From Octopus sinensis (Eukaryota), in contig NC_043021.1 in NCBI RefSeq assembly GCF_006345805.1, forward strand, positions 17,174,001 to 17,238,000: a stretch of DNA of 64,000 bases, read 5' to 3'. Below the pieces are notes generated by a model. The model was not told the origin of the DNA. It was given only the letters and a program-made list of their open reading frames with translations, and ran no database searches. Shown one piece after another: positions 23,191-37,700 of this stretch. The position numbers and the translations under genes were made by a program. Every line of letters starts with the position of its first letter. The first letter of the stretch is position 1.

Positions 23191-25621
23191 GTGTGTGTAT
23201 ATATTTCAACGCACATTGTTTTTTTTCTTCTATTTTCATTTCGTTTTCTCTTTGGAATCATTTGGTTTTGACTAATAAAATCTTCACATCCATGGCTGCT
23301 GATACCCAACGTAATAAATCAAGCGAAATCGCAAATAATTTTTCAAAAAATGGAATTTTGGATATTAATTGGAAGGAAGGTAAAGAAAGAAATATAAATC
23401 GTTTCTTAGTTATCGATCCTAAGATATTACTGGTATTTTGACAAGACGTGGGAACCACAACACGGTCACTTGGCTTGCTGGGAAATAGCAGCGGAATTAG
23501 TGGATGAGAAAAAGGACGTGGTTGAATGATGCAGTCTTTAATCGACTGTCTGGAGAAAAGGACAGTGGTCAGAAGTGACCAAGGGCCAAATAACCACCAT
23601 CATCATCATCAGCTACAAGTTAAGATGAAGTTGCAATGCAGACTGTTAGTATTAGTGGCCAAAACTCTTTGAGATCAAACCTTGAGGAAGGATACTTAAG
23701 GAAATATAGTTCTTGATGCACTGTTTATGGGTGGGTGGGTGTTAGACAGAACATGATGATCATGTCTGCCTTTCATCATGTGTCTGTTCGGTCTGGACTG
23801 GCTTGGGGTTAAACAATGATGGTTGTATATTATTATTATTAAGATGCCGAGCTGGCAGAGTTGTTAGAGTGCTGGGCAAAATGCTTGGCAGCTTTTTGTC
23901 TGTTTCATGTTCAAATTCTGTTGAGGTTGACTTGATCTTTCATCCATCCTTTCAGAGGTCAATAAATTACCGTATTTTAATGTGTATAAGGATCCCTTTT
24001 TTTGTCGAAAATTAGGTTAAAAAAAAATATGGGTGTTTCTTACACATGGATATTATACTCCCTTACAAAACCTTTTTTTCCAAATTTTAAGCCCCCAAAA
24101 TTAGAGGGTTCCTTATACACGTTAAAATGCAGTAAGTGCCAGTGAAACACTGGGGTCGATGTAACTGCCTAGTCCCCTCCCCACAAATTTCAGGCCTTGT
24201 GCCTTTAGCAGAAAGGGTTATTATTAAGGTGGGAAGCTGGCAGAACCGTTAGCACGCAGGGCAATATGTTCAGCATGTTTTCATTTGTCATTACGTTCTG
24301 AGTTCAAATTCTGCTGAGGTTGCCTTTACCTTTCATCCGTTTGGGATCATTAAAATAAATACCTGTTGGACACTGGGGTCGATATAATCGACTGTACCCC
24401 TCTTCCCCTGAAACTGCTGGCTTTGTGCCAAAATTTGAAACCATTATTATTATCAGAACCATTTCGTCTGGTTCTTTATGTTCTGCGTTTGAATTCTGCT
24501 GAGGTCGACTCTTCCTTTCATCCTTTTGGGGGTTGATGAAATGTGTACCAGTTAAGTACTGGGGTTAATGTCATTGACTAGCCCCCACCCCATAAAGGTT
24601 CTAGTCTTGTGTCAAAATTTGGAATTAGCATTATTATTATTATTCTTTTCTACTCTAGGCACAAGACCTGAAATTTTGGGGGAGGGGGTTGATGGCCACT
24701 CAATTAGATCGATCCCAGTATGCAACTGGTACTTAATTTATCGACCTTGAAAGGATGAAAGGCAAAGTTGACCTTGGTGGATTTTGAACTCAGAACATGA
24801 AGACAGATGAAATACCACTACGCATTTTGCCCAGCATGTTAACATTTCTGCCAGCTCACTGCCTTATTATTATTACAATGCATAATGAAGAGGTATAGAT
24901 GTGGCTGTGTGGTTGGAAGTTCACTTCTCAACCACATTGTTTCAAGTTCAGCCCCACTCTGTGGTACCTTGGGCAAGTGTCTTCTAGCCTCAGGCTAACA
25001 AAAGGTCTTGCGAGTGAAAAGAATCTGGCAGAAATTGAAAGAAACCTGTGTGTGTGTGTGTGTGTGTATGTATTACTGTCTCCTTGCCTTGATATTGCGT
25101 AATAGTTGTAAACGAGTGTCACTGTCATACAAGCAGTGTTGTTCGATTCCATTTCTTCAGTGGAAACCAGTCTGGTCAAAGGGAGGGGGCGAAAGCATTG
25201 CCTTATTTGGAAACAGGTGAGGGTTGATGACAGGAAGGGCATCCAGCTGTAGATACTCTACTTCAACCAATTCTGTCTGACACATGCAAGCATGAAAAAA
25301 TGGACGTTAAAACAATGACAAATGTAAAGCTAAGCTACACTTCATGGGATTTGGATTAGAGCCGTAAAAGAAAGATTAACAACCGTCTGGTATTTATTTT
25401 CGTCTGCTGTTTAACCATTCTGGCTATCACTGCCACATTCTCTGATACAACAGTGATGATGATGATGGCTACGTAAATAACTGCGTTTGTCTTTAGAATT
25501 CTTGAAGCGATTATGGTAGGAATCCAAAGCATTGATGCCTTTTCGAAAAGATTTTTAAATAAACACAGGATTTCTTCTGTTTGAACAATGAAGAGATGAA
25601 ATATGTCCTATTATATTACTG

Positions 25622-25655
<34 letters not shown>

Positions 25656-25656
<1 letters not shown>

Positions 25657-25838
25657 TCGTTAGCCACTACAAACATTTTTTTTTCTCTCCTTGTTTTTTT
25701 CCATGCCCCTTTCTGTAGAAGAGCGTAGGCTCGAAACGTAAAAGACTTTTTCTATTCCTGAGCAAGCATTATACTAATACATCTGTTTGTTTTGTACACC
25801 ACCTGTCTTCGTCTTTTGTTTTTTCGTAAACTCTCCCT
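25656..25838 (+). mobile_element. (TA)n-embedded element with variant hammerhead-like motif (family B)
   Basis: CTTT CTGTAGA A GAGC-GTAG-GCTC GAAAC GTA AAAG at 25709-25744; (TA)n on both sides; copies at 41078-41258 (motif 41132-41167) and 57721-57882 (GT of the triplet deleted). Confidence 0.75.
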
Positions 25839-25976
25839 ATATATATATATATATATTAAGAACATTCTGGATTTGTTCTAAGATAAGTTTCATTGATTAG
25901 TTTATTGGAGATAATCATATAGATTAGTTATAGATTTTTGTTTCATCTCTCTCTCTCTCTCTCACATGTATATGTA

Positions 25977-26023
<47 letters not shown>

Positions 26024-26223
26024 TATATATGTTTGTATGTATATATATTTCTTTGATATAATGAACTGAAATGGCTTACTGATAATTTTTCCACTTTAAT
26101 AATTAGATAAACTTATAAACATCTCATTATTAAAGTGGGAAAAATGATCAGAAAAGCCATTTCTATTCATTTGTTCAAATATATATATAGTACCATACCA
26201 AGGACTTCCTGTTTCTTACTCTA

Positions 26224-26275
<52 letters not shown>

Positions 26276-26677
26276 ATGCCTAGTTACCTATTCTACGTGT
26301 TAGTTTAAATATACAGGCACAGGTATACAGTATCTGATTATTCTTTGTTTCTGTGTGTGTATGTATGTGTATATGTATATATATATATATTTAGCATTTC
26401 TTTCATTGAACTGTGGCCATGCTGGGGCACAGCCGTAAAACAATTTAGTTGAACAAATCGTCCCTAGTACTTATCTTTTAAAAATTCCTTTTAAAAGCAT
26501 CTACGTGCATACATATGTATGTGTATTTATGTTGATATATATATATTATATATATATATATACACGTACAATGGAGGTGTGAACAGGCAAGAACAGGTAT
26601 CTGTTTAGATCCTGGCATTTATCTATAATTGCTGAGTTGTTACAATTGGGTAGATCATAATAAAAAGGTTGTGTATG

Positions 26678-26719
<42 letters not shown>

Positions 26720-28111
26720 TATTATATAACACTGTCTATATATTGTATATATATTATATATATATATATCTATATATATGTATAGGAGTGGCTGTGTGGT
26801 AAGTAGCTTGCTTACCAACCACGTGGTTCCGGGTTCAGTCCCACTGCGTGGCACCTTGAGCAAGCATCTTCTACTATAGCTTCGGGCCGACCAAAGCGTC
26901 TTGAGTAGATTTGTTAGATGGAAACTGAAAGAAGCTCGTCGTATATATGTATGTGGATGTATATGTTTGTGTGTCTGTGTTCGTCCCCCCCCCCCAACAT
27001 CGTGTGTCTGTGTTCACGCCCCCGTAACTTAACGGTTCGGCAAAAAGAGACCAATAGAAGACTTGGAAGAAAGCATCGAATGTATACGAAAACAAGGACG
27101 GAAAAACAGACGATGTTACACAAATATAAATACAAAATACAATAAAAATAATAATAATAATAATAATAACAACAGGCGTCTTTCGACTGGGGACGAATTG
27201 AATTCAGCTGGCGTGTGTGGAAATGAAGCCTTACGGCTTACAATGATGTCGGAGAGCATATAAACTCCAACTAAAGAGAACAGGGTAGATTCCTGATCAA
27301 AATTATCCGTTTGTCTTTGGAGTGAAAGAGTGGATGGTAAACCACCCGAAATTGGAAGAAAAATATCCAATGGAGAATTGCCAACATGTGTTGCTTGTCT
27401 GCACGGTTGACATGTTAATTAGACGAGTTTTACAAAGTTAAATGAACTGGAATTAACTGTGTAAAACAAACATAACACACAACAAATGGCTGGTTAGATC
27501 AATATCTGGCAGTAAAATGAAGTTTTGGATGCTGTCTGTAATGCTGCAGTGTGTCTGTGGCCAAGAGAGTTTAATTCCCTACGGCTGAGTCTACCTGGCT
27601 GTAAATAGGTAACACATTGTGTGTAGTTTATTACTATAAGCTGCACTGAAATTGTTTCACTGGCTTTCTCTGCTGAGTTCAGTTCCTCTGGTGAGCATCA
27701 GTTTATGAAAGACTAGCTTCCTATCCTGGTTGAGATTTATTTCTCTTTCACTTAACATTGTTGAAAGCCAGTTAGTTACTACTCTTTGGATGCAGGTTGT
27801 TTGGAAATGTCGTATAAATGTAAAAATAAACATCTTTGTGATGAGAATAGCTTGAAAAATCATCTTAGGTCCTTTTAGATAGTTAAACATCAAAAAAAAA
27901 AAAAAAAGCTAATTCTTTAGATACCAGCTGTGTAAAATTATCCTCTTCCTTAATACACAGTTCCATTCTAAAGTGTTTGTATTTACATTAAAGCCATTTC
28001 TGTCATTTTTATTCCAATGGTATTTGGAACGAAGCTTGAGAAAAGAGAAATGAATATTGGTATATTAAACTGGTGTTTGGAACCTCTGAGCACAAATGTA
28101 TATTAAGATGG

Positions 28112-28422
28112 TTATTTACATTTGACGGATATTTGTCCTCATCTTGTTTGTTGTTAATACAACATTTCAGCTAATATATCCTCCAGCCTTCATCAGGTGT
28201 CTTGGGGAAATTTCGAACCTGGGTTCTCATTCCTAAGGTATCTTTCAATGTTATTATTATTATCATTATTATTCAGGTCAATTATGGAGTGAATTTTAGG
28301 GCTTATAAATCTAATATTTTCATATCTTGAAGGCTGGAAGATATATCAGCCGAAACTTTGTGTTAACAACAAACAAGATGAAGACAAATATCTGTCAATG
28401 TATATAATTCCTCATCTCTTAA
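28112..28422. mobile_element. Inverted pair of family C hammerhead-bearing elements
   Basis: Minus 28200-28157: ACAC CTGATGA A GGCTG-n10-TAGCT GAAAT GTT GTAT; plus partial copy 28327-28362: TGA A GGCTG-n10-CAGCC GAAAC TTT GTGT; third copy 44872-44995 (minus; motif 44929-44886). Confidence 0.75.
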
Positions 28423-28574
28423 TTATAGAACTGTATTATATTAAGATGGTGTTTGGAACAGTTTCTTAGGATATACATATATGTATATATAAAGTATGTG
28501 TGTGTGCCTTTTATATTACTGTGTATGTCTTGTATTATAAAAATTATCTTAATATACCAAAATATATTTGTTTT

Positions 28575-28648
28575 TTGTTATATTTCGGAATGGTCATTTT
28601 GTCAGTTTAGCCAATAAATGGCAAAATGACCATTCCGAAATATAACAA
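28575..28648. repeat. 74-nt fold-back, 30-bp stem
   Basis: TTGTTATATTTCGGAATGGTCATTTTGTCA / TGGCAAAATGACCATTCCGAAATATAACAA (29/30 Watson-Crick plus one G-U). Confidence 0.9.
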
Positions 28649-29882
28649 TATCTGTTTCAACACATGACTTCACATAAAAAATCTTGCACAACAAATATAT
28701 TTGTTTTTTGTTACATTCGAATCACCTTCTTAATAATGAACAAATTAATTTTATTAAATTCCTACAAATTCTTGATAATTTTTGAAGACCTGATTGAAAC
28801 GATGTAGAAGGTTGTAATAAGTCAGAAAATATCCTCAACAAAGGGTTTAGCAGACAAACGTCCAGGTGTCTGCATTCGAGGATTTGTAACAGAGGACGTA
28901 GTTTTATCTAAATAGAGAACTGGTGTTGTCAAAGGCATTGGACAAAGGGTGTTGTGGCATATTTTTCCCAGTGTTTTGCGGTCTGAGTTCAATTCCCGCT
29001 GAAATCAACTTTACCTTTTATTCTCCTTGTTTGTGGCTGGAGGGATGGGGGAGAGGGAGGGTGTTTCTAAAGTGCACCAGCCGAGGATGGTGGACTTGCG
29101 GAACAATTGAGCCATTGGATTTCATGGTATATATTTCACCACTTTGCATGCCGAGTTCAAATCCCATCGTAACCAACTTTGCCTTTCTTTCTCCTCATTG
29201 TTGGGGTGGAGGTCGATAAAGTACACCAGCCCAGGATGGTGGTCTTGTGGAACCATTAAGCCATCGGACTAAACGTTTTGCGATATTACTTTCAGCTTTT
29301 TGTGTTCAGAGTTCAAATCCAACCATGGCCTATGTGTTTGATAGACAACCTGCTGCCTGGTTTAACACCCCCACCTGCTACCCTTGGGTGCCTTTAGTAG
29401 AGTCCATTTATTTTGTTTCTTTATTTTTCTTTTCTTTTTTTTTTTTTTGGTGCAGCCATCTGGTTCGCCAACCCTCAGTCAAAATCGTCCAACCCATGCT
29501 AGCATGGAAAGCGGACGTTAAACGATGATGATGATATAAGTGTTTAAGTTGAGCTTCCGATTCAAAGATACCTTCTTCCTTTCCTTCCTCCCTCCCTCCC
29601 TCTCATGTTCCTTCTAGATTTGGAGGTTCCGGAAAGGGTCAGGAGCTCTGCCCCCTCCTTCATGACTAAAGCAATAATAATAATAATAATAATAAAAAAC
29701 AAAAAAAAAAACGTGCTTTTAAATTAGCAAAACAAGAAGGAAAAGGTGGGAACAAACAAAGCCTCGATGAGTTTGGTGGGTGAGAAAAAATGTGAAACAA
29801 AATGACACAGGATGATGCAAGCCTGAAGACTGCTGGTTAAACAAGACACTCGTCTAACAAGGTGTTTGGTGTTCAGGGCTTG

Positions 29883-29982
29883 NNNNNNNNNNNNNNNNNN
29901 NNNNNNNNNNNNNNNNNNNNNNNNNNNNNNNNNNNNNNNNNNNNNNNNNNNNNNNNNNNNNNNNNNNNNNNNNNNNNNNNNN
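29883..29982. other. Assembly gap (100 N)
   Basis: Run of exactly 100 N, typical of an unsized scaffold join. Confidence 0.99.
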
Positions 29983-32900
29983 CTTAAATTTCATTCTATT
30001 TTATCCAAATAGAGTAAACCCCCACCTCCTTCCTTCTCCTCCCCACCTCCACCCGGACCTTCCGTTTTATTTGGTTGCTGAGCTTATCATTTTGATCCTT
30101 TACCAACTTAAATCCCCGTCGTCGCCGCCCTGCTTATCCGGGGAATGGGTGTTTGGGTACCTTAGAAGTCAAAGAAATCTTTGGGATTTTTTCAAATTTT
30201 TTTTTTTTCCTTCAATTAGATGCAATCAACTAGTCTTGACTTCTCTTGTCTGTCTGTGTGTCATCAAATAGCTTAATAGAGTCCATGTTTTTTTGTTTTT
30301 TTTTTTGCTCGTCTTGATTATTTTATTTTATTTTATTTTGTCAATTTTTTTTTTTCAAAATCTGGTTTATTAACCAACTGGTGGTTCGGGGAGTGGTGTG
30401 GTAACGCCTGTATTAAAAAAGAAAACATAAAAAAAGAAGCAAGGATAAAGAAAAAAGAAAACAACTCATGAATAGTTAAAATATTTTGTCTTAGAAAGAA
30501 AAAAAAAATCCGCTATTCATTTTTATATTTTTGATAAAAAAAAAAAGCAGGAAAAAAAAAATTTGTTTTGTTTTCGTTTATAAATAATTAATTCCATGGA
30601 TTTATAGAATTTTGAGTAAAAATAAGAATATATTGATGCTTCTAATTTTAGACACATTCAGAATCTTAAAATAAAATATGTGTACATATGGGTAGAGGAG
30701 TAGCTGTGTGATAAGCTTGCTTCCCAACCACATGGTTCTGGGTTCAGTCCCACTGCATGGCACCTTGGGCATGGGGGTCAAAATATATATATATATATAT
30801 GTATGTATTTGTGTCTGTTTGACCCCCACCATCGCTAGACAACCAATGTGTTTGCGTCCCCGTCACTTAAAATGAGATCGCTAGAATAAGTACTAGGCTT
30901 ACAAAGAATAAGTCCTAGGGTCGATATATTCGGCCAAAGGTGGTGCTCCAGCATGGCTGCAGTCACATGACTGAAACAAGTAAAAGAATAAAAGAATATA
31001 TTGAGATGAGAAAAAAAAATATATAAAAAAATAAAAGTAAGGTGTGACTTTAAAGAGGGAACTGTAATTACAACAAAAAAAATGTTGGGATATTCATGCC
31101 CCACCCCCTATTCTTTCTTAGCCCCTTATCAAATCTACTAGTGAGGTGAAAGTAGTTCCTATATAGAAAGACTTTTACCCCCCCCCCCACTGACCTCAAA
31201 TTTTTCCCCTAACAGTTGTTGCTCTGAACATTGACATTTGTCACCAATCTGGAAAGAGACCCCGTTAAAGGTCATGAATACAACCCATCTTCTTTTGTCC
31301 ATGTTCTGTAATACAGGGATAGGGATCTCCTGCGTTATGGAAATTCCGGATATGGTTATTGATTCCTTTTCAGAAAAAAAAACAAATTCTATAGAAATGC
31401 AATTTACCATATTTTTTGGTAATCAAGGCTTTGTGACTAGATTTGGTAAACTGAGACTGAAAGAAGCCCATCGTATGTGTGTGTGTGTGTGTTTTTGTCT
31501 TTGTTGGTCCCCCACCACTTCTTGATATCCGGTGTTGGTTTGCTTACATCCCTGTAATTTAGCAGTTCAGCAAAAAACACAGGCAAGATGGGTACCATAT
31601 TTAAAGAAAAAAACAGAAAGTACTGGGGTTGATTTGTTTGACTAACCCTTCAAGGTGATGCTCCAGCATGATCACAGTCCAGTGACTGAAACAGTTAAAA
31701 AATAAAAGGTTTCATCATCATTTAGGAACTTGGTGTGACCCCTGACGTTGCCAGCTCTTGTCAAGCCATCCAACCCATGCCAGCATGGAAAACAGATGTT
31801 AAAGGATGATGATGATGATGATGACGACAATGATTGTCAATGTTTGCAAGGGTCAGGTAGGTTTTGTTGAGACAGATTTTCAATGTCTTAATGCCTTTCC
31901 TGTTGCCAACACTTCACCTGTTTCCAAGCAAAGTAATAAAATGTATTTGTGTGTCTGTTTGTCCCCACAACATCGCTTGACAACTGATGCTGGTGTGTTT
32001 ACGTCCCCGTAACTTAGCAGTTTGGCAAAAGAGACCGACAGAATAAGTACTAGGCTTACAAAGAATAAGTCCTGGTGTCGATTTGCTCGACTAAAGGTGG
32101 TGCTCCAGCATGGCCGCTGTCAAATGACTGAAACATGTAAAAGAGTAAGTTCAAAGTTTATTCGTATTGTCGTGACTTATCCAGGTATTGTTTCATAGCT
32201 TTGAGATTTCAATGATATTGTCCATTTCTAGAGTGGCATTGTAGGGTAGGTGTAAGAGGCTAGACCTGGCCAGTTTGAACTTAAAAACAAGGGGCGTATT
32301 TGAGCTGGATATGGCTGGTTTAAATGCTGAAGGTTTAATGTACATAGCTTCTGTACTGGTTCATCTTTGTTGGTGATGGTTTGTGATTTAAAGACCAAGC
32401 TCATGTTGGTATTTTTCATGAAATGGTTTTATCTTCAATGTATATACATTAACGTACTTGAACAACTAAAATGTAACTGCAGCATATTTCGCCTTTAACC
32501 ACCGAACAAGCTCAACCCACAACCAGTTCCCCCGTTACCGAACAAGCTGAAATCAACAAGTGGATTGCTTGCATCGGTCTCAAGCTTTCGTTGCTTTCAT
32601 CAGACTGGCTAAACCTGCAGGCAATTCGCTCTGCAAGTTTAGCTTGTTTCTTCTTTCTCGTTTTGAATCTTTCTTGGTTTATCTGCCACCCACCATTGTT
32701 TACTGCTGGCCAGTTGATGTAGTGATGTCAGGTCTGACTTCATTTGCAGCCACTCCTCTCTCTCCTTTCCCTCAGCACTCTCCTACACACACATTTATAT
32801 ATGAATATATACATATATACAAATGAGTAGGTGAATAAATGAAAGAAAATTGTACTGAAAGCAGCTGGAGTTATTAATAGCCATGTTAACTCAGCACTCA

Positions 32901-33146
32901 AAGTTAGTTTTGAAGGTGTAAAGATGCAACTGTTTCCTCTGGTGGGTGGGTGTATATATGTGTGTGTGTGGCTGTGCAGTTAAGAAGTTTGCTTGCTAAT
33001 CACATGATTTTAAGTTCAGTTCCTCTATGTACTATCTTGAGCAAGTATTTTCTATTATAGCCATAGGCCAACCAAACCTTTTGTGAGTAAATAATATATT
33101 AATGTAACCCATGTTAGTATGGGAGATGGATATGAAATCGTGTGCT

Positions 33147-33206
<60 letters not shown>

Positions 33207-33207
<1 letters not shown>

Positions 33208-33408
33208 AAATGTGACCGCATGTGTACCGTTGGCGATTTTTTTTTTCCCCTCTGTCTTCCCTTCTCTGGATCTTTCCTATGTTTCCGATGAAGAGCTCCA
33301 CTCGAAACGTTAACCCTCCTTCTTTCCTTCTTTCCTGAGCGTCCAATAATACTATATTTGTTCCACGTCCTCGCGTTGTTGTGTTTTTTTGTGCTTTCTT
33401 GTTTGGAT

Positions 33409-33447
<39 letters not shown>

Positions 33448-33991
33448 TATAATAATAATAATAATATTAGGGAGTATAACTCCAAACTTAAATGGAAAAT
33501 TTCAATTTAGTATTAAATCAAATTTCACAATATAAAATATAAATTAGAGATAAAACCACTATTATGCAACTCAAACAGTGACAGACATAAACCAAAACAT
33601 AAATAACAAAATAATATATATTTTTTTAAAACATATATAACTTATAACTAGATCTCAAAAAGTATAAAAATGAATGATCAATATATAATAAGTAAAAAAA
33701 CTACGTACATTTCATGGCTACAATTAAATTCGAATTACAATTAAGTTTAAATTCAATTGAAATAAATTTGATTTAAAATTATAGTTAATCATCTCTAATT
33801 CATATTATATATATATATATAGTTAATCCAAACAAGAAAACACAAAAAAACACAACAACGCGAGGACGTATTATTGGACGCTCAGGAAAGAAGGAGGGTT
33901 TAACGTTTTGAGCGGAGCTCTTCGTCGGAAACGTAGGAGAAGGGAAGACAGAGGAAAAATAAAAATCGCCAACGGTACACACGAGGTCACA
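33207..33991. mobile_element. Two family A hammerhead-like elements in convergent orientation
   Basis: Plus motif 33281-33315 GTTT CCGATGA A GAGC-TCC-ACTC GAAAC GTT AACC; minus motif 33932-33898 with GAAA>AAAA. Confidence 0.75.
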
Positions 33992-34340
33992 CTCGCACAT
34001 AATGGAGTTTTCCACAGTTTCGGTCATTTGATTCCATTCACAAAACATTGGTCAGCACAAAGCTATAATAGACATTTGGCCAAGGTTCCCTGCATTAGAA
34101 CTGAACCCAAAACTTCTTAGCTGCAATTTTTTATTTTGATTATTTTAAAATAACGAACAAATTTAGAAAAATGCCACGCCCTGCAGGTATTCTTGTCACC
34201 AAATGTTAAACCATCTACAAGGGTGGGCTTTAAATGGGTTTTTATTTATGAACCCTTTGGATCCCTATTATATTCACTTGATGTTAAAAAAGAAAAATAC
34301 CCCATTACAGTAATCCCTTGTCATATCACAGCTCACCATA

Positions 34341-34703
34341 GGAGGCGCAATGGCCCAGTGGTTAGGGCAGCGGACTCGCGGTTTCGATTCCCAGACCGGG
34401 CGTTGTGAGTGTTTATTGAGCGAAAACACCTAAAAGCTCCACGAGGCTCCGGCAGGGGATGGTGGTGATCCCTGCTGTACTCTTTCTCCACAACTTTCTC
34501 TCACTCTTACTTCCTGTTTCTGTTGTACCTGTATTTCAAAGGGCCAGCCTTGTCACTCTCTGTGTCACGCTGAATATCCCCGAGAACTACGTTAAGAGTA
34601 CACGTGTCTGTGGAGTGCTCAGCCACTTACACGTTAATTTCACGAGCAGGCTGTTCCGTTGATCGGATCAACCGGAACCCTCGTCGTCGTAATCGACGGA
34701 GTG
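34341..34703 (+). mobile_element. SINE family 3 copy
   Basis: High identity to 8172-8549, with a short deletion in the head. Confidence 0.85.
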
Positions 34704-37700
34704 TTTCCCCCGTCCTCCACAGCTCACCCTTCTCACAGTTTATTATTTAAGATTATGTCGATTCTTCTGTGATGTTTTGCATTTATAATAAAATAAATAT
34801 ATACAGATTATAAAAAAATTTGTAATACAGTAGGAGTGTATTTGTAATAGGCGCAGGAGTGGCTGTGTGGTAAGTAACTTGTTTACCAACCTCATGGTTC
34901 CGGGTTCAGTCCCACTAGGAGTGGCTGTGTGGTTGGTAGCTTGTTTACCAACCACATGGTTCCGGGTTCAGTCCCACTGCGTGGCACCTTGGGCAAGTGT
35001 CTTCTACTATAGCCTCGGGCCGACCAAAGCCTTGTGAGTGGATTTGGTAGACAGAAACTGAAAGAAGCCCGTCGTATATATATATATATATATGCGTGTG
35101 TGTGTTTGTGTATCTGTCCCAATTACTTAGTGGTTCGGCAAAAGAGACCGATAGAATAAGTACTGGGCTTACAAAGAATAAGTCCCGGGGTTGATTTGCT
35201 CGACTAAAGGCGGTGCTCCAGCATGGCCGCAGTCAAATGACTGAAACAAGTAAAAGAGAGTAAAGAGTACTATTTCTACTTTGCGGGTGCTCACCTATCA
35301 CAGGGGGTTTTAGAATGTAACACCCGTGATAGTCAAGGGATGACTGCATGCTTTTATAATTAAACATTAGGAATTATATAAAAAAAAATTTAAATATTTT
35401 ATAGAAGCATAACCAGTTTAGTACAAAATCTTATATGGAGCCCCCAAAGGGTCATGTGGACCCCCATTGAGGACCAGTGGTCTACAAGGATATATTTAAC
35501 CCTTTGGTATTCAGGTTATTCTACCAAATGTGATGCTTATTTATTCACATTGTCTTGAATTAATCATGCGTTATCTCGTAGCTGTGAGATTTCTGAGATG
35601 TGACCCTTTACCTTGGGGATGATATTATAGGGTAAGTTTAAGAGGCTGGATCTGAACATAAAGGAGGGCAAATATTTAGGCCGAATACGGGTGGTTTCAA
35701 GGGTAAAAGAGTTCTGTGATTGTCGATATGGTGACCAGATTTAATTGGCTAACCTGTTTCTTCTATTTTGATTGGTCAAAAGACTTCGTTCATATTTTAG
35801 CCCCGGGTCAGTCTCTTGATGAGAACAGATCTATGGCTTGTAGGTAACAGCAACTTGATGTAATCTACAGATCTATTGTTTGAAATATCCAAGGAGTCTC
35901 TGTCACAGCCGGGAGCCTTTTTTCATGTCCTGACATGTAAAGTAGTTTAGTTGTGGTGTGAATTGACAGGCTGGACAAATTGCTCTCTTGCTAATGTCCA
36001 GTTTATTTCTGTATGCCTGTTGTTGTTCTTGTTTAACTCAACCTCAATAAAACAGACCTAGAGTTTAAGACATTCCAGCCATGACTATCTTGGCTTTTTT
36101 TTTTTTTTTTTGTGAAGTGCATTCCACACTGAATTATCTAATGTCTCTTACCTTCCTCTTTGGACAAGATGTGATTTGAGGCAGATTTGGCTGCTATTTC
36201 TTGCAGGCGGAATGACCACATTGTTAATTTTCCTGTTGATTCTTTGGGGTTCCTCAGTGGAGGTGGGCAAGGTGGCTTCAGTCAGAGCCCAACACTTCCT
36301 ATATGTGCTTGGTGGTATAAAAGGATGAAGCCCCTTTCCAATTCATAAAGACTTATAGGACCGGTTTCTCAGATCCTCTGGCGTATACACTCCTCCCCTG
36401 GATGGGATGCTGGTCCATCGCAGGATTACTCATTTTTGGCAGCTGAGTGGACTGGAGCAATGTGAAATGAAATGTTTTGCTCAAGGACATCACACATTGC
36501 CCAGTCCTGGAATTGAAACCACAATCTTATGATCATGAGTCCAACACCCTCACCACTAAGCCATGTCATCATCATTTAACATTCATGTTCCACACTAGCA
36601 TGGGTGGGGCGGCACCACAAGAACTGACCAGGCCGAAGCCTGCACCAGACTTCTGTGACTGTTATGGCAGGATTTTTACAGCTGGATGCCCTTCCTAACA
36701 GCAACCACTAACAGCAACCTTCCTAACAGCAGAGTGGACTTAGTGCTTTTTATGTGGCATAAGCACAGGCGAGGTCAGTTTTGGCATGTGCCTCAACAAA
36801 ATGTAAAGTTACCTTCTCGAGCCATGCCGACTTATAAGGGTCGGTTTCCTGGTTTCCATGGCATATCAATCCCCCACTTGCACTGGACACCGGTCAGTCG
36901 CAAGATTACTCTTTCATTTTTTTTTTTGCCAGCTGAGTGGACTGGAGAAACGTGAAATGAAGTGTTTTGCCCAAGAACACAATGTGTCACCTGGTCCAGG
37001 AATTGAAACCACAATCTCACAATCACGAGTCCAACACCTCTAACCACTAAGCTATAATGGCCGTCCACTTAGTGGTATGTCTTCTGCTATGATGTTTGAA
37101 GATTTATCGACGCTCTTGATGTTGTTGTTGCTATTGTTGTTACGATGCAGCTTTGTGTCTTGGTCTGAATTATTTAGAAATATATTGTTTTACCTTTAAA
37201 TGCCGATCATTAAATTACAGATTTATTCCGTTTCCGAGTGGGAGGAAGCTCAGATAGCTTAGTTTTACCTTCTGTGACTTACTGCCTCTGAACCCCAGTT
37301 TCACCTTTTCTCTCTCTCACCTGCTCTCTTTCAAATGATAGAATTAACTATTTATTTCATATTCAGGTAAATTAGTTTCACATTTCAAATATCTTTTATT
37401 CTCCGTTTGATTAATTACTTTCATTTGCGATGGCAATAGTCATTGATTGGGTTACTTTAGGAAGTTGTGGATTAACTGTTGCGTTATTATGGCCTTCGCT
37501 AAGGTCATTAACTCTTTTGTTACCATTCCAGCATGGAAAATGGACATTAAAGAATGATGACGATGATGACGGTTTCTGCCTTTGTTTCAATGAGTTTGGG
37601 AAATTATGAAGAATTTATTAAAATGTCATTGAGCTTGTGTTTGTAACATAGATTAGCATGAAATTTTGATGGATGATTTTAATTTAACTCGCTTTAAAAT

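Noticed and set aside
29575-29720. Strong pyrimidine tract + AG at 29616-29617 as exon-2 acceptor (DLEVPERVRSSAPSF..)
   Set aside because: Frame runs into (AAT)n and poly(A) then stops; only a weak GTCAGG donor; the tract is a CCTT/CCCT microsatellite.
32545-32610. Minus-strand CTGATGA + AAGC/GCTT stem + GAGAC as hammerhead
   Set aside because: GAAA is broken and no stem I partner or stem III can be drawn.
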